NCBI GenBank assembly: GCA_024763435.1
Contig: JANTFN010000001.1
Location: forward strand, 1-42,722
Reading direction: 5' to 3'
Length of the DNA: 42,722 nt
DNA from: Thermodesulfobacteriota bacterium
Lineage (GTDB): Bacteria; Desulfobacterota; S145-22
The notes beneath the pieces are model-generated. The model searched no databases. It saw only the letters and a program-made list of their open reading frames with translations, and was not told where the DNA came from. Position 1 is the first letter of the stretch. Every line of letters begins with the position of its first letter. Below are positions 17,395-30,478 of the stretch, one piece after another. The position numbers and the translations under genes were made by a program.

Positions 17395-18729
17395 ATGGAA
17401 GAAGGCCTCACACCCATTAAACAAATTATCCGGGAAGAAATTCACGACGAGGGCGCTTACAAAACCTGGATAGAACCTATTGCTTTCAGAGAATTTACGG
17501 GTAATACCGTTCATCTTTCCGTTCCCAACAGGTTCTTCAAGGATTGGATTCTCGAACATTACAAAGAGACCATTCAGGTATGCGCCTCACGATTTCTCCG
17601 CTCAGAAGATCTGGACATTCGTATTTTTATTGACGAGAAATCAGACTCATTCAAAAAATCCTCTCCCGTTCGCCTGCCAGATCAATCAACAACGACAGGC
17701 GTTAACCCCTTTAATACCGCTTATACCTTTGAAACATTTGTTATAGGTAAAAATAATCAGTTTGCGCAGGCCGCGTGCCAGGCAGTTGCCGCTTCTCCAG
17801 GCAAAACCTACAACCCCCTTTTTATCTACGGTGGTGTGGGTCTTGGCAAAACACATCTTCTCAATGCCATTGGCAATGAAGCTCTGACCCAGAAAACTGT
17901 ATTATCTCCTGCCAATATCTCTTTCACCTCCGGAGAGGAGTTTACAAACGAGGTTATTAATGCCATCCGTTTTGACCGGATGGATAAATTCAGGGATAAA
18001 TTCAGAAACGTAGATATTCTTATGATCGACGACATCCAGTTTATCGCGGGAAAAGAGGCAACACAGGCGGAGTTTTTCCATACTTTCAATGCCCTCTATG
18101 TTTCGAAAAAACAGATCGTTGTGACTTGTGACAGATTTCCAAAGGACATAAAAAATATCGAAGAACGCCTGAGATCAAGGTTTGAATGGGGCCTTATCGC
18201 GGATATCCAGCCCCCCGATATTGAAACAAAGGTCGCCATTCTAAAGAAAAAAAGTGAAAAAGAGAACATCCAGCTGACCAACGAGGTAGCAATATTTGTT
18301 GCCTCTAAAACCGGATCAAATATCCGATCCCTCGAAGGACTCCTTACAAGACTGATTGCCTTTTCTTCATTAACTGGAAAACCCATCACAATCCCCTTCG
18401 CGCGCGAAATTTTGAAAGGTATTATTAATGATACCGACAAAACAATTAACGTTGAAGATATTCAAAAGGTTGTCTGCAACCATTATGGCATCCGTGTGTC
18501 TGATATTAAATCAAAACGACGCTCAAAGGCCTTTGTAATGCCTCGTCAAATTGCCATGTATCTTAGTAGAAATCTGTGTAATATTTCATTAAGTGATATT
18601 GGGGAAAAGTTCGGGGGAAAAGATCACTCAACCGTTATCCATGCCATTAACAAAGTTGAATCCCTGCTTAAAAAAGATCCCTATCTGATAGAAACACTGG
18701 AAGAAATTAAAGGGAAAATATATGCATAA
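17395..18729 (+). CDS. dnaA: Chromosomal replication initiator protein DnaA
   Basis: Walker A 'GGVGLGKTHLL', 'MIDDIQF', and the C-terminal DNA-binding domain 'PRQIAMYLSR..S...IG..FGGKDHSTVIHA'. There is no obvious SD before the ATG. Confidence 0.92.
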   Translation: MEEGLTPIKQIIREEIHDEGAYKTWIEPIAFREFTGNTVHLSVPNRFFKDWILEHYKETIQVCASRFLRSEDLDIRIFIDEKSDSFKKSSPVRLPDQSTTTGVNPFNTAYTFETFVIGKNNQFAQAACQAVAASPGKTYNPLFIYGGVGLGKTHLLNAIGNEALTQKTVLSPANISFTSGEEFTNEVINAIRFDRMDKFRDKFRNVDILMIDDIQFIAGKEATQAEFFHTFNALYVSKKQIVVTCDRFPKDIKNIEERLRSRFEWGLIADIQPPDIETKVAILKKKSEKENIQLTNEVAIFVASKTGSNIRSLEGLLTRLIAFSSLTGKPITIPFAREILKGIINDTDKTINVEDIQKVVCNHYGIRVSDIKSKRRSKAFVMPRQIAMYLSRNLCNISLSDIGEKFGGKDHSTVIHAINKVESLLKKDPYLIETLEEIKGKIYA

Positions 18730-18959
18730 CCCTGTGATACAACTGTTGGCATTTGTGGATATCTCTTCCTTTCCTGTTCCAATTTACGCAACGCCTTTTT
18801 TTTCAACATCTTTACACATTTCTTCCCCAGAAATTTACACCAGATTTCACCTGATCCATTGGACAAAAGAGACCCTTTTCAACAAAAAACACAGGCTTAA
18901 TATTACGACTGTTTTAAATAAATAGCTTATAAAAAATAAAAAGAATAAAGGAGGAAATT
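18730..18959. other. Candidate oriC segment: a DnaA-box cluster plus an AT-rich stretch in the dnaA-dnaN spacer
   Basis: Boxes matching TTWTNCACA with 1 mismatch: 18754-18762 (reverse, TGTGGATAT), 18800-18808 (TTTTCAACA) and 18810-18818 (CTTTACACA). One box has 2 mismatches (18833-18841). An AT-rich run follows at 18899-18950. Confidence 0.4.
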
Positions 18960-22503
<3,544 letters not shown>

Positions 22504-22600
22504 CTCCTCATGCCCGCGTTGACAAAATGGCGAAAAGTAAATTAATCAGGTCGGCCGAAGCGATTTTCAACGCTATTCATTTAATCCTGGATGCTTAGCG

Positions 22601-23215
22601 ATGATTATTGGTATAACGGGATCAATTGGAAGTGGTAAAAGCGAAGTCGCTGCTGTTTTTAAAAAGGAAGGCGCGGTGATTCTCGATGCCGATTTAATAG
22701 CAAAGGCCTGCCTGGAAAAGGGTGAAAAAGGCTACCAGGCTGTAATATCTGTTTTTGGTGAGGAAATAAAGGATAATAATGATTGTATTGATAAACAAAA
22801 ACTGGCTTCCCTTGTCTTTTCAGACAGGGAAAAACTAAAAACGCTGAACGCGCTTGTCCATCCCATTGTACACAGCACGATAAAGAAAAGAATGGCAGAG
22901 ATAAAAAATAGTAATCCGGAAACGGTTGTGGTTATTGATGCCCCGCTACTGATTGAAGCCGGATTCCATAAAATGGTGGACAAGATTATCCTGGTAACGT
23001 GCGATGAGGAAAGGGCCTTCCGGCGAGCAGCGAAAAGGATTGGCGTAACCGTCGAGGAGATTAAAAAAAGATTTTCCACACAACTTTCCTTTTCAGAAAA
23101 GAAAAAAATTTCGGATATTGTTATTTTAAACAACGGGACGGTACACCAGCTTCGGGCAAAGGCGCGTGAAGCTTACTTAAATATTACAGGCAGGGAGGAA
23201 AAACAGAGGAAATGA
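22601..23215 (+). CDS. coaE: Dephospho-CoA kinase
   Basis: '[13 protein letters not shown]' P-loop, 'LNALVHP' and 'DAPLLIE'. About 200 aa. Confidence 0.85.
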   Translation: MIIGITGSIGSGKSEVAAVFKKEGAVILDADLIAKACLEKGEKGYQAVISVFGEEIKDNNDCIDKQKLASLVFSDREKLKTLNALVHPIVHSTIKKRMAEIKNSNPETVVVIDAPLLIEAGFHKMVDKIILVTCDEERAFRRAAKRIGVTVEEIKKRFSTQLSFSEKKKISDIVILNNGTVHQLRAKAREAYLNITGREEKQRK

Positions 23216-24465
23216 ATTTAACAGAGATGAAACAACAAACCATTAGTAAACTTTTGAAGACAGCAAAAGAGCTGGGGATAGAAGACCCGGCATCAATGGG
23301 AAAACAGGAGCTTATTTTTACCATACTTCAGGCGAGGAGCGAGCAAAACGGGATGATTTACGCGGATGGTGTTCTTGAAACACTCCCGGACGGATTTGGA
23401 TTTCTGCGGGCACCGAATGCAAACTACTATCCCGGTCCCGATGATATTTATGTGTCCCCTTCGCAAATTCGCCGATTTGGTCTGCGGACCGGTGATACCA
23501 TCTACGGCCAGATACGGCCGCCAAAGGATTCAGAGCGGTATTTTGCCCTGCAGAAGGTTGAATCTGTTAACTTTGATGACCCCGCTGCCGCAAAGGAAAA
23601 AATTCTCTTTGACAACCTTACGCCGCTGTATCCGAACGAACGGTTTAAGCTGGAGGTTGACAAGGAACCTGAAAATTACAGCCTGCGGATTATGGACCTG
23701 CTGTCCCCTATTGGTAAAGGGCAACGCGGACTGATTGTTGCGCCGCCCCGAACGGGGAAAACAATGCTTCTACAGGCGATTTCAAAGGGCCTCAAATATA
23801 ATCACCCGGATGTTGTTTTGATTGTCCTGCTCATTGATGAACGCCCGGAGGAAGTTACGGATATGAAGCGCTCCGTGGATGGTGAAGTCGTTAGCTCCAC
23901 ATTTGACGAGCCGGCGCAACGTCACGTTCAGGTAGCTGAAATTGTTATTGAAAAAGCGAAACGACTTGTGGAGCACCAGAAAGACGTTGTGATCCTTCTT
24001 GACAGTATTACCCGGCTGGCCCGCGCCTATAACACCGTGGTCCCCCCAAGCGGAAAAGTACTTTCCGGCGGCGTGGATTCCAATGCCCTTCATAAACCCA
24101 AGCGGTTTTTCGGAGCGGCGAGGAATATCGAGGACGGTGGGAGCCTTACAATTCTGGCAACGGCGCTGATTGATACGGGAAGCCGCATGGACGAGGTCAT
24201 CTTCGAAGAATTTAAGGGGACAGGCAACATGGAACTCCATCTTGACCGTAAACTGATGGAGAAACGTATTTTCCCGACGATGGATATTGGAAAATCAGGA
24301 ACGAGAAAAGAGGAGTTGTTAATTGATCAAGAAGCCCTTAATAGAATATGGATCTTGAGAAAAGTACTCCAGCCCATGAATGTGGTGGATTCCGTAGAAT
24401 TTTTGCTGGATAAAATGAAAGGAACCAAGACAAACAAAGAATTTCTTGAGGCTATGAGTCAATAG
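23212..24465 (+). CDS. rho: Transcription termination factor Rho
   Basis: '[14 protein letters not shown]', '[16 protein letters not shown]', Walker A 'APPRTGKT' and 'RLARAYN'. ATGA overlap with coaE. Confidence 0.95.
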   Translation: MNLTEMKQQTISKLLKTAKELGIEDPASMGKQELIFTILQARSEQNGMIYADGVLETLPDGFGFLRAPNANYYPGPDDIYVSPSQIRRFGLRTGDTIYGQIRPPKDSERYFALQKVESVNFDDPAAAKEKILFDNLTPLYPNERFKLEVDKEPENYSLRIMDLLSPIGKGQRGLIVAPPRTGKTMLLQAISKGLKYNHPDVVLIVLLIDERPEEVTDMKRSVDGEVVSSTFDEPAQRHVQVAEIVIEKAKRLVEHQKDVVILLDSITRLARAYNTVVPPSGKVLSGGVDSNALHKPKRFFGAARNIEDGGSLTILATALIDTGSRMDEVIFEEFKGTGNMELHLDRKLMEKRIFPTMDIGKSGTRKEELLIDQEALNRIWILRKVLQPMNVVDSVEFLLDKMKGTKTNKEFLEAMSQ

Positions 24466-24479
24466 CTGCAAGTCAAGTG

Positions 24480-24662
24480 TTACAAGACAACTTCTCTGTA
24501 AAAAACAGCGATTTGAAGAACAGACTCCGATTTAGAGAATTGGCGGTCAATGATTTCGAGACCAACCGTTTTCAAATGTTCCTTTGCCCAGGTGTTATAA
24601 AGCTGTTCAAGAGCTTCTTCCGATTCAGCTTTTAGAATGCGAACTTTTTCTGACGTTGCCAT
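24480..24662 (-). CDS. Small hypothetical protein (60 aa)
   Basis: AGGAGG lies 5 nt upstream of the ATG. The composition is non-repetitive and balanced, consistent with an alpha/beta fold. The gene is convergent with rho. I can assign no family with confidence. Confidence 0.45.
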   Translation of the reverse strand: MATSEKVRILKAESEEALEQLYNTWAKEHLKTVGLEIIDRQFSKSESVLQIAVFYREVVL

Positions 24663-24793
24663 CTCTACCTCCTGTCTGTGTAATGTATAATAGCGCGCGG
24701 GGGCTGGAAAGGCAAGATGTTGAGGGGCATCTCCCCTCTTGAACCAACAGGGTCCCTGTGCTATTTAAAAAAGCGACGAAAAGGAAATTACCC

Positions 24794-26539
24794 ATGAAAA
24801 CTGATGACTTAATTTTAATTCACGCGCCTTCTATCTATGATTTCAGGAAGCTACCCATTATGCATGGTCCTATTAGTGATGTGGTTCCTTCAACACCCGT
24901 ATTCGAGATGTACCCCATAGGATTTGCCAGTTTATCTGAGTATCTCGAGAGAAAGGGCTTCAAGGTCAGAATCATTAATATAGCCTTGAAAATGATTAAA
25001 GACCCTTCTTTTGATGTAGAGAAACTGATCAGGAAACTCCACCCGCGTGCCTTCGGATTTGATCTGCATTGGATGCCGCATGTTCAGGGAAGCTTAGCAC
25101 TGGCTGAAATAGCGAAAAAATATCATCCGGATACCCCGGTTCTTTTCGGAGGGCTTTCCGCAACCTATTATCATGAAGATCTGATACAAAACTATCCCTT
25201 TATTGACTATGTCATCCGGGGAGACTCTACGGAAGAACCCATGTGCGGGTTGCTTCAGTCGATACGTGACCATCGTCTCCCAGAGGAGATTCCCAACCTT
25301 ACGTGGCGAGAGAAGGGTGAGAAAAAGGTCAATCCCCTTTCCTACGTGCCGGAGACGATGAATCATATCGCTATCGATTACGGGCATATTATGAAAAAGG
25401 TTGTGAAATACAGGGATATGACAGGGTATGTCCCCTTTACAAACTGGCTTGAATATCCGGTGACAGCGGTATTTACCTGCCGCGGGTGTTCCTTTAACTG
25501 TCGAACCTGCGGCGGGTCCGCCTATGCCTTCGCAAATTACGCCGGCAGGCGCAGGCCCGCTTTTCGGGATCCCCGTCTTCTTGCCGAGGATATCTTCAGG
25601 GTATGTAATTATTTGAACGCCCCTGTTATGATTATTGGAGATATCTTTCAGGCGGGAGAAGACTATGGCAGGACGCTGCTGGCCACGCTTAAAAAGAAAC
25701 ACTTAAAGAATCATATCGCCTTTGAATTTTTTACCCCTCCGGCACGCGATAAAATTGCTTTAATCGCGGAAAGTGTCGAAAATTTTAATTTTGAAATATC
25801 TGCCGAGTCTCATGATGAAAAGGTGCGTCGCGCCTTTGGCAGGCATTATGACAATAATGCCCTGGAACAGATGATAGAAGATTCCCTGGAACTGGGATGC
25901 CAGCGGTTTGACCTCTTTTTTATGACAGGGCTATCGTATCAGACCTATCAGTCGGTACTGGATACGGTTGATTACAGCCGGGGTCTTTTGGAGACATTCG
26001 GCGCATCGAAGCGCCTTTACCCCTTTATTTCACCCCTTGCGCCCTTTCTCGACCCGGGAAGCGAGGTATTTGAAAATCCTGAAAAATTCGGGTATCGTTT
26101 CTTCTGCCGTACCGTGGAGGATCACCGACAGGCGATGTTATCTCCAAGCTGGCAGTACATTTTGAATTATGAAACAGCGTGGATGACGCGCAGAGAGATT
26201 GTTTACAGCACCTATGAGGCGGGCTTAAGACTGAATCGCTTGAAGAAGGAATATGGATTGATTGCTGATAAAATAGCGGATGAGACAGATACACGGATTA
26301 AAGAAGCCGTGGCGCTTATGCACCGGATAGATGAAATCGTCGATGAAGGCAGCCGGCAGGGGAAAACCGTTTCTCTTTTTGACCTTAAAGACAAGATGGA
26401 TGGCCTGAATATATCCACTGTTTGTTTCAAGAAAGAACTGGAATGGCCCACGCATTTTGTCCGAATGAATTTTCTGAAGATTCTCAAAACAATACTGTTT
26501 CCTTCAAAACCAAATATTTTACCAGAGGCGGAAAAATGA
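24794..26539 (+). CDS. Radical SAM enzyme with an N-terminal B12-binding-like domain (class B type architecture); substrate unknown
   Basis: 'CSFNCRTC' (CxxxCxxC) lies about 230 aa into the protein, after an alpha/beta N-terminal region ('LILIHAPS..'). I place the start at ATG 24794; the alternative is GTG 24758. The stop overlaps the selA ATG. Confidence 0.65.
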   Translation: MKTDDLILIHAPSIYDFRKLPIMHGPISDVVPSTPVFEMYPIGFASLSEYLERKGFKVRIINIALKMIKDPSFDVEKLIRKLHPRAFGFDLHWMPHVQGSLALAEIAKKYHPDTPVLFGGLSATYYHEDLIQNYPFIDYVIRGDSTEEPMCGLLQSIRDHRLPEEIPNLTWREKGEKKVNPLSYVPETMNHIAIDYGHIMKKVVKYRDMTGYVPFTNWLEYPVTAVFTCRGCSFNCRTCGGSAYAFANYAGRRRPAFRDPRLLAEDIFRVCNYLNAPVMIIGDIFQAGEDYGRTLLATLKKKHLKNHIAFEFFTPPARDKIALIAESVENFNFEISAESHDEKVRRAFGRHYDNNALEQMIEDSLELGCQRFDLFFMTGLSYQTYQSVLDTVDYSRGLLETFGASKRLYPFISPLAPFLDPGSEVFENPEKFGYRFFCRTVEDHRQAMLSPSWQYILNYETAWMTRREIVYSTYEAGLRLNRLKKEYGLIADKIADETDTRIKEAVALMHRIDEIVDEGSRQGKTVSLFDLKDKMDGLNISTVCFKKELEWPTHFVRMNFLKILKTILFPSKPNILPEAEK

Positions 26540-27957
26540 GTCCTGACCGGTTTCAGGCGTTTTTTAGAAAGATTCCGAAGGTGGATGATTTGTTAAACCA
26601 CCCCGGGCTTAAGAAAACCGAGGGTCGTTACCCGCGCCACGCGGTCGTCAAGGCCATTCGGGGTGTCCTTGATGAAATACGGGGAGAAATTGGCAAAGAA
26701 AAGGCCGCCCCTGCCCTCGAGGTGCTGCTCGACACGGAGGCGATTGTGGATAAGGTTAAAGCGTCCCTGGAACGGGGGGCAACTTATCACTTTAAACGCG
26801 TTATTAACGCGACGGGTATCGTGATTCACACGAACCTGGGACGTTCCCTGCTGTGCGAGGAGGCCCTGAAACGTATTCTCGCGGTCTCAGAGCGTTACAG
26901 CAACCTTGAGTATAATATTGGAGAAGGGAAAAGAGGCATCCGCTATGCCCATGTGGAAGATCTGCTTTGTGAATTAACGGGGGCGGAGGCCGCGCTGGTT
27001 GTTAACAACAACGCAGGCGCGGTGTTAATAACTTTGAACAGCCTTGCCGCGCAAAAGGAGGTGCCTGTTTCAAGAGGAGAACTGATTGAAATAGGCGGCG
27101 CCTTTCGTATTCCGGATGTGATGAGCTGGAGCGGCGCTATCCTGAAAGAGGTGGGCACGACCAATAAAACACACCTTTATGATTATGAAAGGGCAATCAG
27201 TGAACAGACAGGTCTTCTTATGAAGGTTCACACCAGCAATTTCAGACTTGTCGGATTTGTGGAACAGGTCCCGGGAAAAAAAATCGCTGACCTCGCACAC
27301 GCCTCAGGGATTCCCGCAATCGTGGACCTCGGGAGCGGGAATCTGCTGGATTTCAGCCGATTTCAGCTGCCTGCTGAGCCTACAGTACAGGCGGTTTTGA
27401 AAGAGGGGATGGATGTGGTTACCTTCAGCGGAGATAAGCTCCTTGGTGGACCACAGGCGGGAATTATTCTTGGGAAACGGGCGTATATCCATAAAATACA
27501 GCAAAATCCCCTGAACCGGGCGCTTCGAATTGATAAATTCACCCTTGCGGCCCTCGAAGCAACCCTTAAATTTTATGAGGATCCCTATCTCGCGGCCACG
27601 GTTATCCCAACCTTGAAGATGATAACCCAGACACCAGAGCAGCTTAAACGAAGAGCGGTTAATTTAAGGCGGCGCCTGGCCCGTTTGGTCCCTGGAATAT
27701 TTCACTTTAAGGTTGTTGCCTCGTTTTCAAAAGCGGGGGGAGGTGCCCTGCCCGAAGAAGGATTGCCGACGTATTGCGTCGCTGTTTTTTCCGATACGAT
27801 GTCAGCAACCCGGCTGGAAAAATTTCTGCGAAAAGCTGACCCGCCGGTGATTGCAAGAATTGAGGATGACAGGGTTCTTCTGGATGTTCGGACGCTCCTT
27901 GAAGGGGATGCCGGAGATTTGGTGACAGCCCTTTTAAAAATTGCCCATGAGGATTAA
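26536..27957 (+). CDS. selA: L-seryl-tRNA(Sec) selenium transferase
   Basis: 'NATGIVIHTNLGRS' and 'FSGDKLLGGPQAGIILGK' (PLP Lys), with a length of about 473 aa from ATG 26536. That ATG overlaps the upstream stop as ATGA. The track start at 26422 would overlap the upstream gene by 118 nt. Confidence 0.9.
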   Translation: MSPDRFQAFFRKIPKVDDLLNHPGLKKTEGRYPRHAVVKAIRGVLDEIRGEIGKEKAAPALEVLLDTEAIVDKVKASLERGATYHFKRVINATGIVIHTNLGRSLLCEEALKRILAVSERYSNLEYNIGEGKRGIRYAHVEDLLCELTGAEAALVVNNNAGAVLITLNSLAAQKEVPVSRGELIEIGGAFRIPDVMSWSGAILKEVGTTNKTHLYDYERAISEQTGLLMKVHTSNFRLVGFVEQVPGKKIADLAHASGIPAIVDLGSGNLLDFSRFQLPAEPTVQAVLKEGMDVVTFSGDKLLGGPQAGIILGKRAYIHKIQQNPLNRALRIDKFTLAALEATLKFYEDPYLAATVIPTLKMITQTPEQLKRRAVNLRRRLARLVPGIFHFKVVASFSKAGGGALPEEGLPTYCVAVFSDTMSATRLEKFLRKADPPVIARIEDDRVLLDVRTLLEGDAGDLVTALLKIAHED

Positions 27958-28819
27958 ATTTTTTTTTATTCTTCTTTTTACAATTACCTGTCTGTCTGTC
28001 TGTCCCGGCCCCGCGTCTGCCCGCTCCAGGCGCTACAGGCTGCATGCCGGACCCGGCATGAAATTCAAGGTTATCGGGTGGGTAAGGCGGGGAGATAAGG
28101 TTAAGGTTCTGAAGGAAGCCTCTGGATGGATTTTCTTGCGGCTTGCCAATGGCAAGACCGGCTGGATTTCCCAGAGAATTTTTCGTAGCCAATGGAAAAA
28201 AAAGGTGGGGAAAAAAGAGGGACCGCGCGTTAAAGTTATTCTCAAGTTTCAGAATACACCCGAAAATTATATAGATATTTTTAAAAAAGCGCTTCCAGAA
28301 CTGGAAAAAAGGATGGAGCCAGTAGGAGATAATCCCGTGGAAATTGTGGTCTCTCTTATCCCGCGTCTTCAATCTTGCCGCCTTTTTATGATGATAGACT
28401 TCAACCCTGCCTTTTACCGCCATGCGAGAAAGCGCTTTGCAAAACCGGGGAATATTGATTTAATGCCTTTTAACAATTGCTTATGGGCCATGCACGCTTA
28501 TAAGCGTAAACTCATACAGGCCCTTCAAAAAAATTCCCCTGCCTGTTCATTTGTAAAACGGCTGGCTATCAATATCGTTCTGAAAAAACTGAATGGCGAT
28601 AAGATTATTCTTCAGGCAAAAGAAGATGGCGTCTATATTTATTTCTGCCCCTTTTTGCTTTTTGAAAAAGCCGACGGAGGCTGTTTTAAAATAAAATCGG
28701 AAGATCCCAGGAAAGTTAGCATGTTCTCCGCTTTTCAGCTCCCGTATCCCAGCACACCTGATTCGAAAACTGCCGAGGCAACACATGGCATAAGTAGATT
28801 TTTCGGTATCCGGCCATGA
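27941..28819 (+). CDS. Secreted SH3b-domain protein, function unknown
   Basis: Signal peptide 'KFFFILLFTITCLSVCPGPASA', then an SH3_3-like 'LHAGPGMKFKVIGWVRRGDKVKVLKEASGWIFLRLANGKTGWI'. The remaining 200 or so aa are unrecognised. Confidence 0.6.
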   Translation: MPMRIKFFFILLFTITCLSVCPGPASARSRRYRLHAGPGMKFKVIGWVRRGDKVKVLKEASGWIFLRLANGKTGWISQRIFRSQWKKKVGKKEGPRVKVILKFQNTPENYIDIFKKALPELEKRMEPVGDNPVEIVVSLIPRLQSCRLFMMIDFNPAFYRHARKRFAKPGNIDLMPFNNCLWAMHAYKRKLIQALQKNSPACSFVKRLAINIVLKKLNGDKIILQAKEDGVYIYFCPFLLFEKADGGCFKIKSEDPRKVSMFSAFQLPYPSTPDSKTAEATHGISRFFGIRP

Positions 28820-29793
28820 ATCGGGTTGTAAGAAAACTCCCCGAAGGGCAGGATCCCCTCCGGGTGGATCAATACCTTGCTCTTCAGGAAAAGATAGAAT
28901 CCCGGGGGGAAGCGCAGCGGCTGATAAGGCAGGGACAGGTTTTTCTTAATGGTAAACCCGTTAAACCCGCGACCAGACTTGTGCCGGGGGGCGTGTTAAT
29001 GTATGAATTGCCTGACGTCGAAGAAACGCTTTGCGCCCGGCCGCAACAGATTCCCCTTGATGTTCTGTATGAGGATGATGACCTCATTGTGGTTAACAAG
29101 CCCCCGGGCCTTGTTGTTCATCCCGCGCCGGGGCACCCGGATGGAACGCTCGTAAACGCCCTCTTGTTTCATGCGGGCCGGCTGGCCCCGGCAGGGGGGG
29201 GACGACGGCCCGGCATTGTACATCGCCTTGACAAGGGAACATCCGGTGTCATTATCGCGGCGAAAACAAATCAGGCATTTTTTCCGCTTGTGAGACAGTT
29301 TCAGAAACGGGAAATTGAGAAGGTTTACCTTGCCATGGTTTACGGAAACCTGGAAGGTTCCCGTGGCGTTATTGAACACGCCATCACGAGGAATATGAGA
29401 AACCGTAAAAAAATGGCGATTACACGGGTCGCGGGCAGTGGAAGACCCGCAGTCACGCAATGGAAGCTGAAAAAGGCTTATCCCGGCCTGTCTTTTCTCG
29501 CGCTTTATCCAAAAACCGGCCGGACCCATCAATTGCGAGTACACCTGTCATATCTGGGACATCCTATTGTCGGGGACCCGGTTTATGGGAGAAAACGCCT
29601 GCCCACAACGGGAAAACTGGCCTTGCTGTCAAAGGAAATAAAGAGCGTCGGAAGACAGGCCCTTCATGCGTGGCGCGTTACCTTTGCGCATCCGGTATCG
29701 CAAAAACCCCTGACGGTGACGGCGCCATGCCCGGATGACTTGAAGCAATTGCGTGCGAGAATAGAAGAAAATTTTCTAAAAGAGGTCCCGTAA
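28816..29793 (+). CDS. rluD: RluA-family 23S rRNA pseudouridine synthase (RluD-like)
   Basis: N-terminal S4 domain, catalytic 'HRLDKGTSGVI', 'TGRTHQLRVH' and 'GHPIVGDPVYG'. Classic adjacency to yfiH/pgeF. Confidence 0.88.
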   Translation: MNRVVRKLPEGQDPLRVDQYLALQEKIESRGEAQRLIRQGQVFLNGKPVKPATRLVPGGVLMYELPDVEETLCARPQQIPLDVLYEDDDLIVVNKPPGLVVHPAPGHPDGTLVNALLFHAGRLAPAGGGRRPGIVHRLDKGTSGVIIAAKTNQAFFPLVRQFQKREIEKVYLAMVYGNLEGSRGVIEHAITRNMRNRKKMAITRVAGSGRPAVTQWKLKKAYPGLSFLALYPKTGRTHQLRVHLSYLGHPIVGDPVYGRKRLPTTGKLALLSKEIKSVGRQALHAWRVTFAHPVSQKPLTVTAPCPDDLKQLRARIEENFLKEVP

Positions 29794-30459
29794 GTGACAT
29801 TTTTAACCTCCCCGCTGATAGAGGCCCTGCCGCATGTTTTTCATGGATTTGGTATGCGTGATGGCGAAGTGCCCGGCGGAATAGTGTTGCCTTCTCAGGT
29901 TCACAAAACAACAATTGCGTATCTTGAGGCATCGCCTCCGCGTGACTGGCACGAAGAGGCGGACGCGGTTATCACAACGGTTTCGAACCTTCCCATAGGC
30001 ATCAGAACAGCAGATTGTCTTCCCATTCTTCTTACGGATAAAGCGGGAACATTCGTGGGGGTTGTCCACGCGGGATGGCGGGGAACGGCGCTTGGAATCC
30101 TCTCAAAGGTGCTGGCGTTTTTAAGTGGCCGTCTGAAGATTCAGGGTGGGGATATTTTCATTGCTATCGGTCCTGGTATCGGGGCGTGCTGCCTCGAAGT
30201 GGATATCCCGGTTCGGGAACAGTTTAAAAAAAACGGGCAGGGAGAGGCATGGGACCTTTACGCGCGTTCTGGACGCGCGGGACACTGGCAGCTCGACATT
30301 AAAGCCATCAACCAGCATCAAGCCCTGCTGGCGGGTGTGCAGCAAACCCGAATTGATGTCCTTCCCTATTGCAGCAGCTGTGATCGTGACTACTTCTATT
30401 CATACCGGCAAGAAGGGCTTGCCGCGGGTCGGCAGGTGAGTTATATTATGTTAAAATAA
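29794..30459 (+). CDS. pgeF: YfiH/PgeF-family (DUF152) purine nucleoside phosphorylase / peptidoglycan editing factor
   Basis: 'QVHKT', 'DAVIT', 'RTADCLPIL', 'VHAGWRG' and 'CTSC..FYSYR'-type motifs. The GTG start abuts the rluD stop. Confidence 0.8.
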   Translation: MTFLTSPLIEALPHVFHGFGMRDGEVPGGIVLPSQVHKTTIAYLEASPPRDWHEEADAVITTVSNLPIGIRTADCLPILLTDKAGTFVGVVHAGWRGTALGILSKVLAFLSGRLKIQGGDIFIAIGPGIGACCLEVDIPVREQFKKNGQGEAWDLYARSGRAGHWQLDIKAINQHQALLAGVQQTRIDVLPYCSSCDRDYFYSYRQEGLAAGRQVSYIMLK

Positions 30460-30478
30460 AAAGGAAAAGGTGTAAGTT

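Noticed and set aside
26422-26535. Longer selA start (track ORF 26422..27957).
   Set aside because: It would overlap the radical SAM gene by 118 nt and add a non-conserved 38-aa extension. ATG 26536 gives the usual SelA length and an ATGA coupling.
27959-28003. T9 homopolymer (27959-27967) and (CTGT)4 (27988-28003) at the 5' end of the SH3b gene, considered as possible phase-variation tracts.
   Set aside because: The tracts are short compared with known contingency loci. They simply encode FFF and the hydrophobic signal-peptide core (CLSVC). There is no evidence of variation from a single sequence.
27707-28423. 238-aa minus-strand ORF.
   Set aside because: It is antisense to the selA 3' end and the SH3b gene, with no signals.
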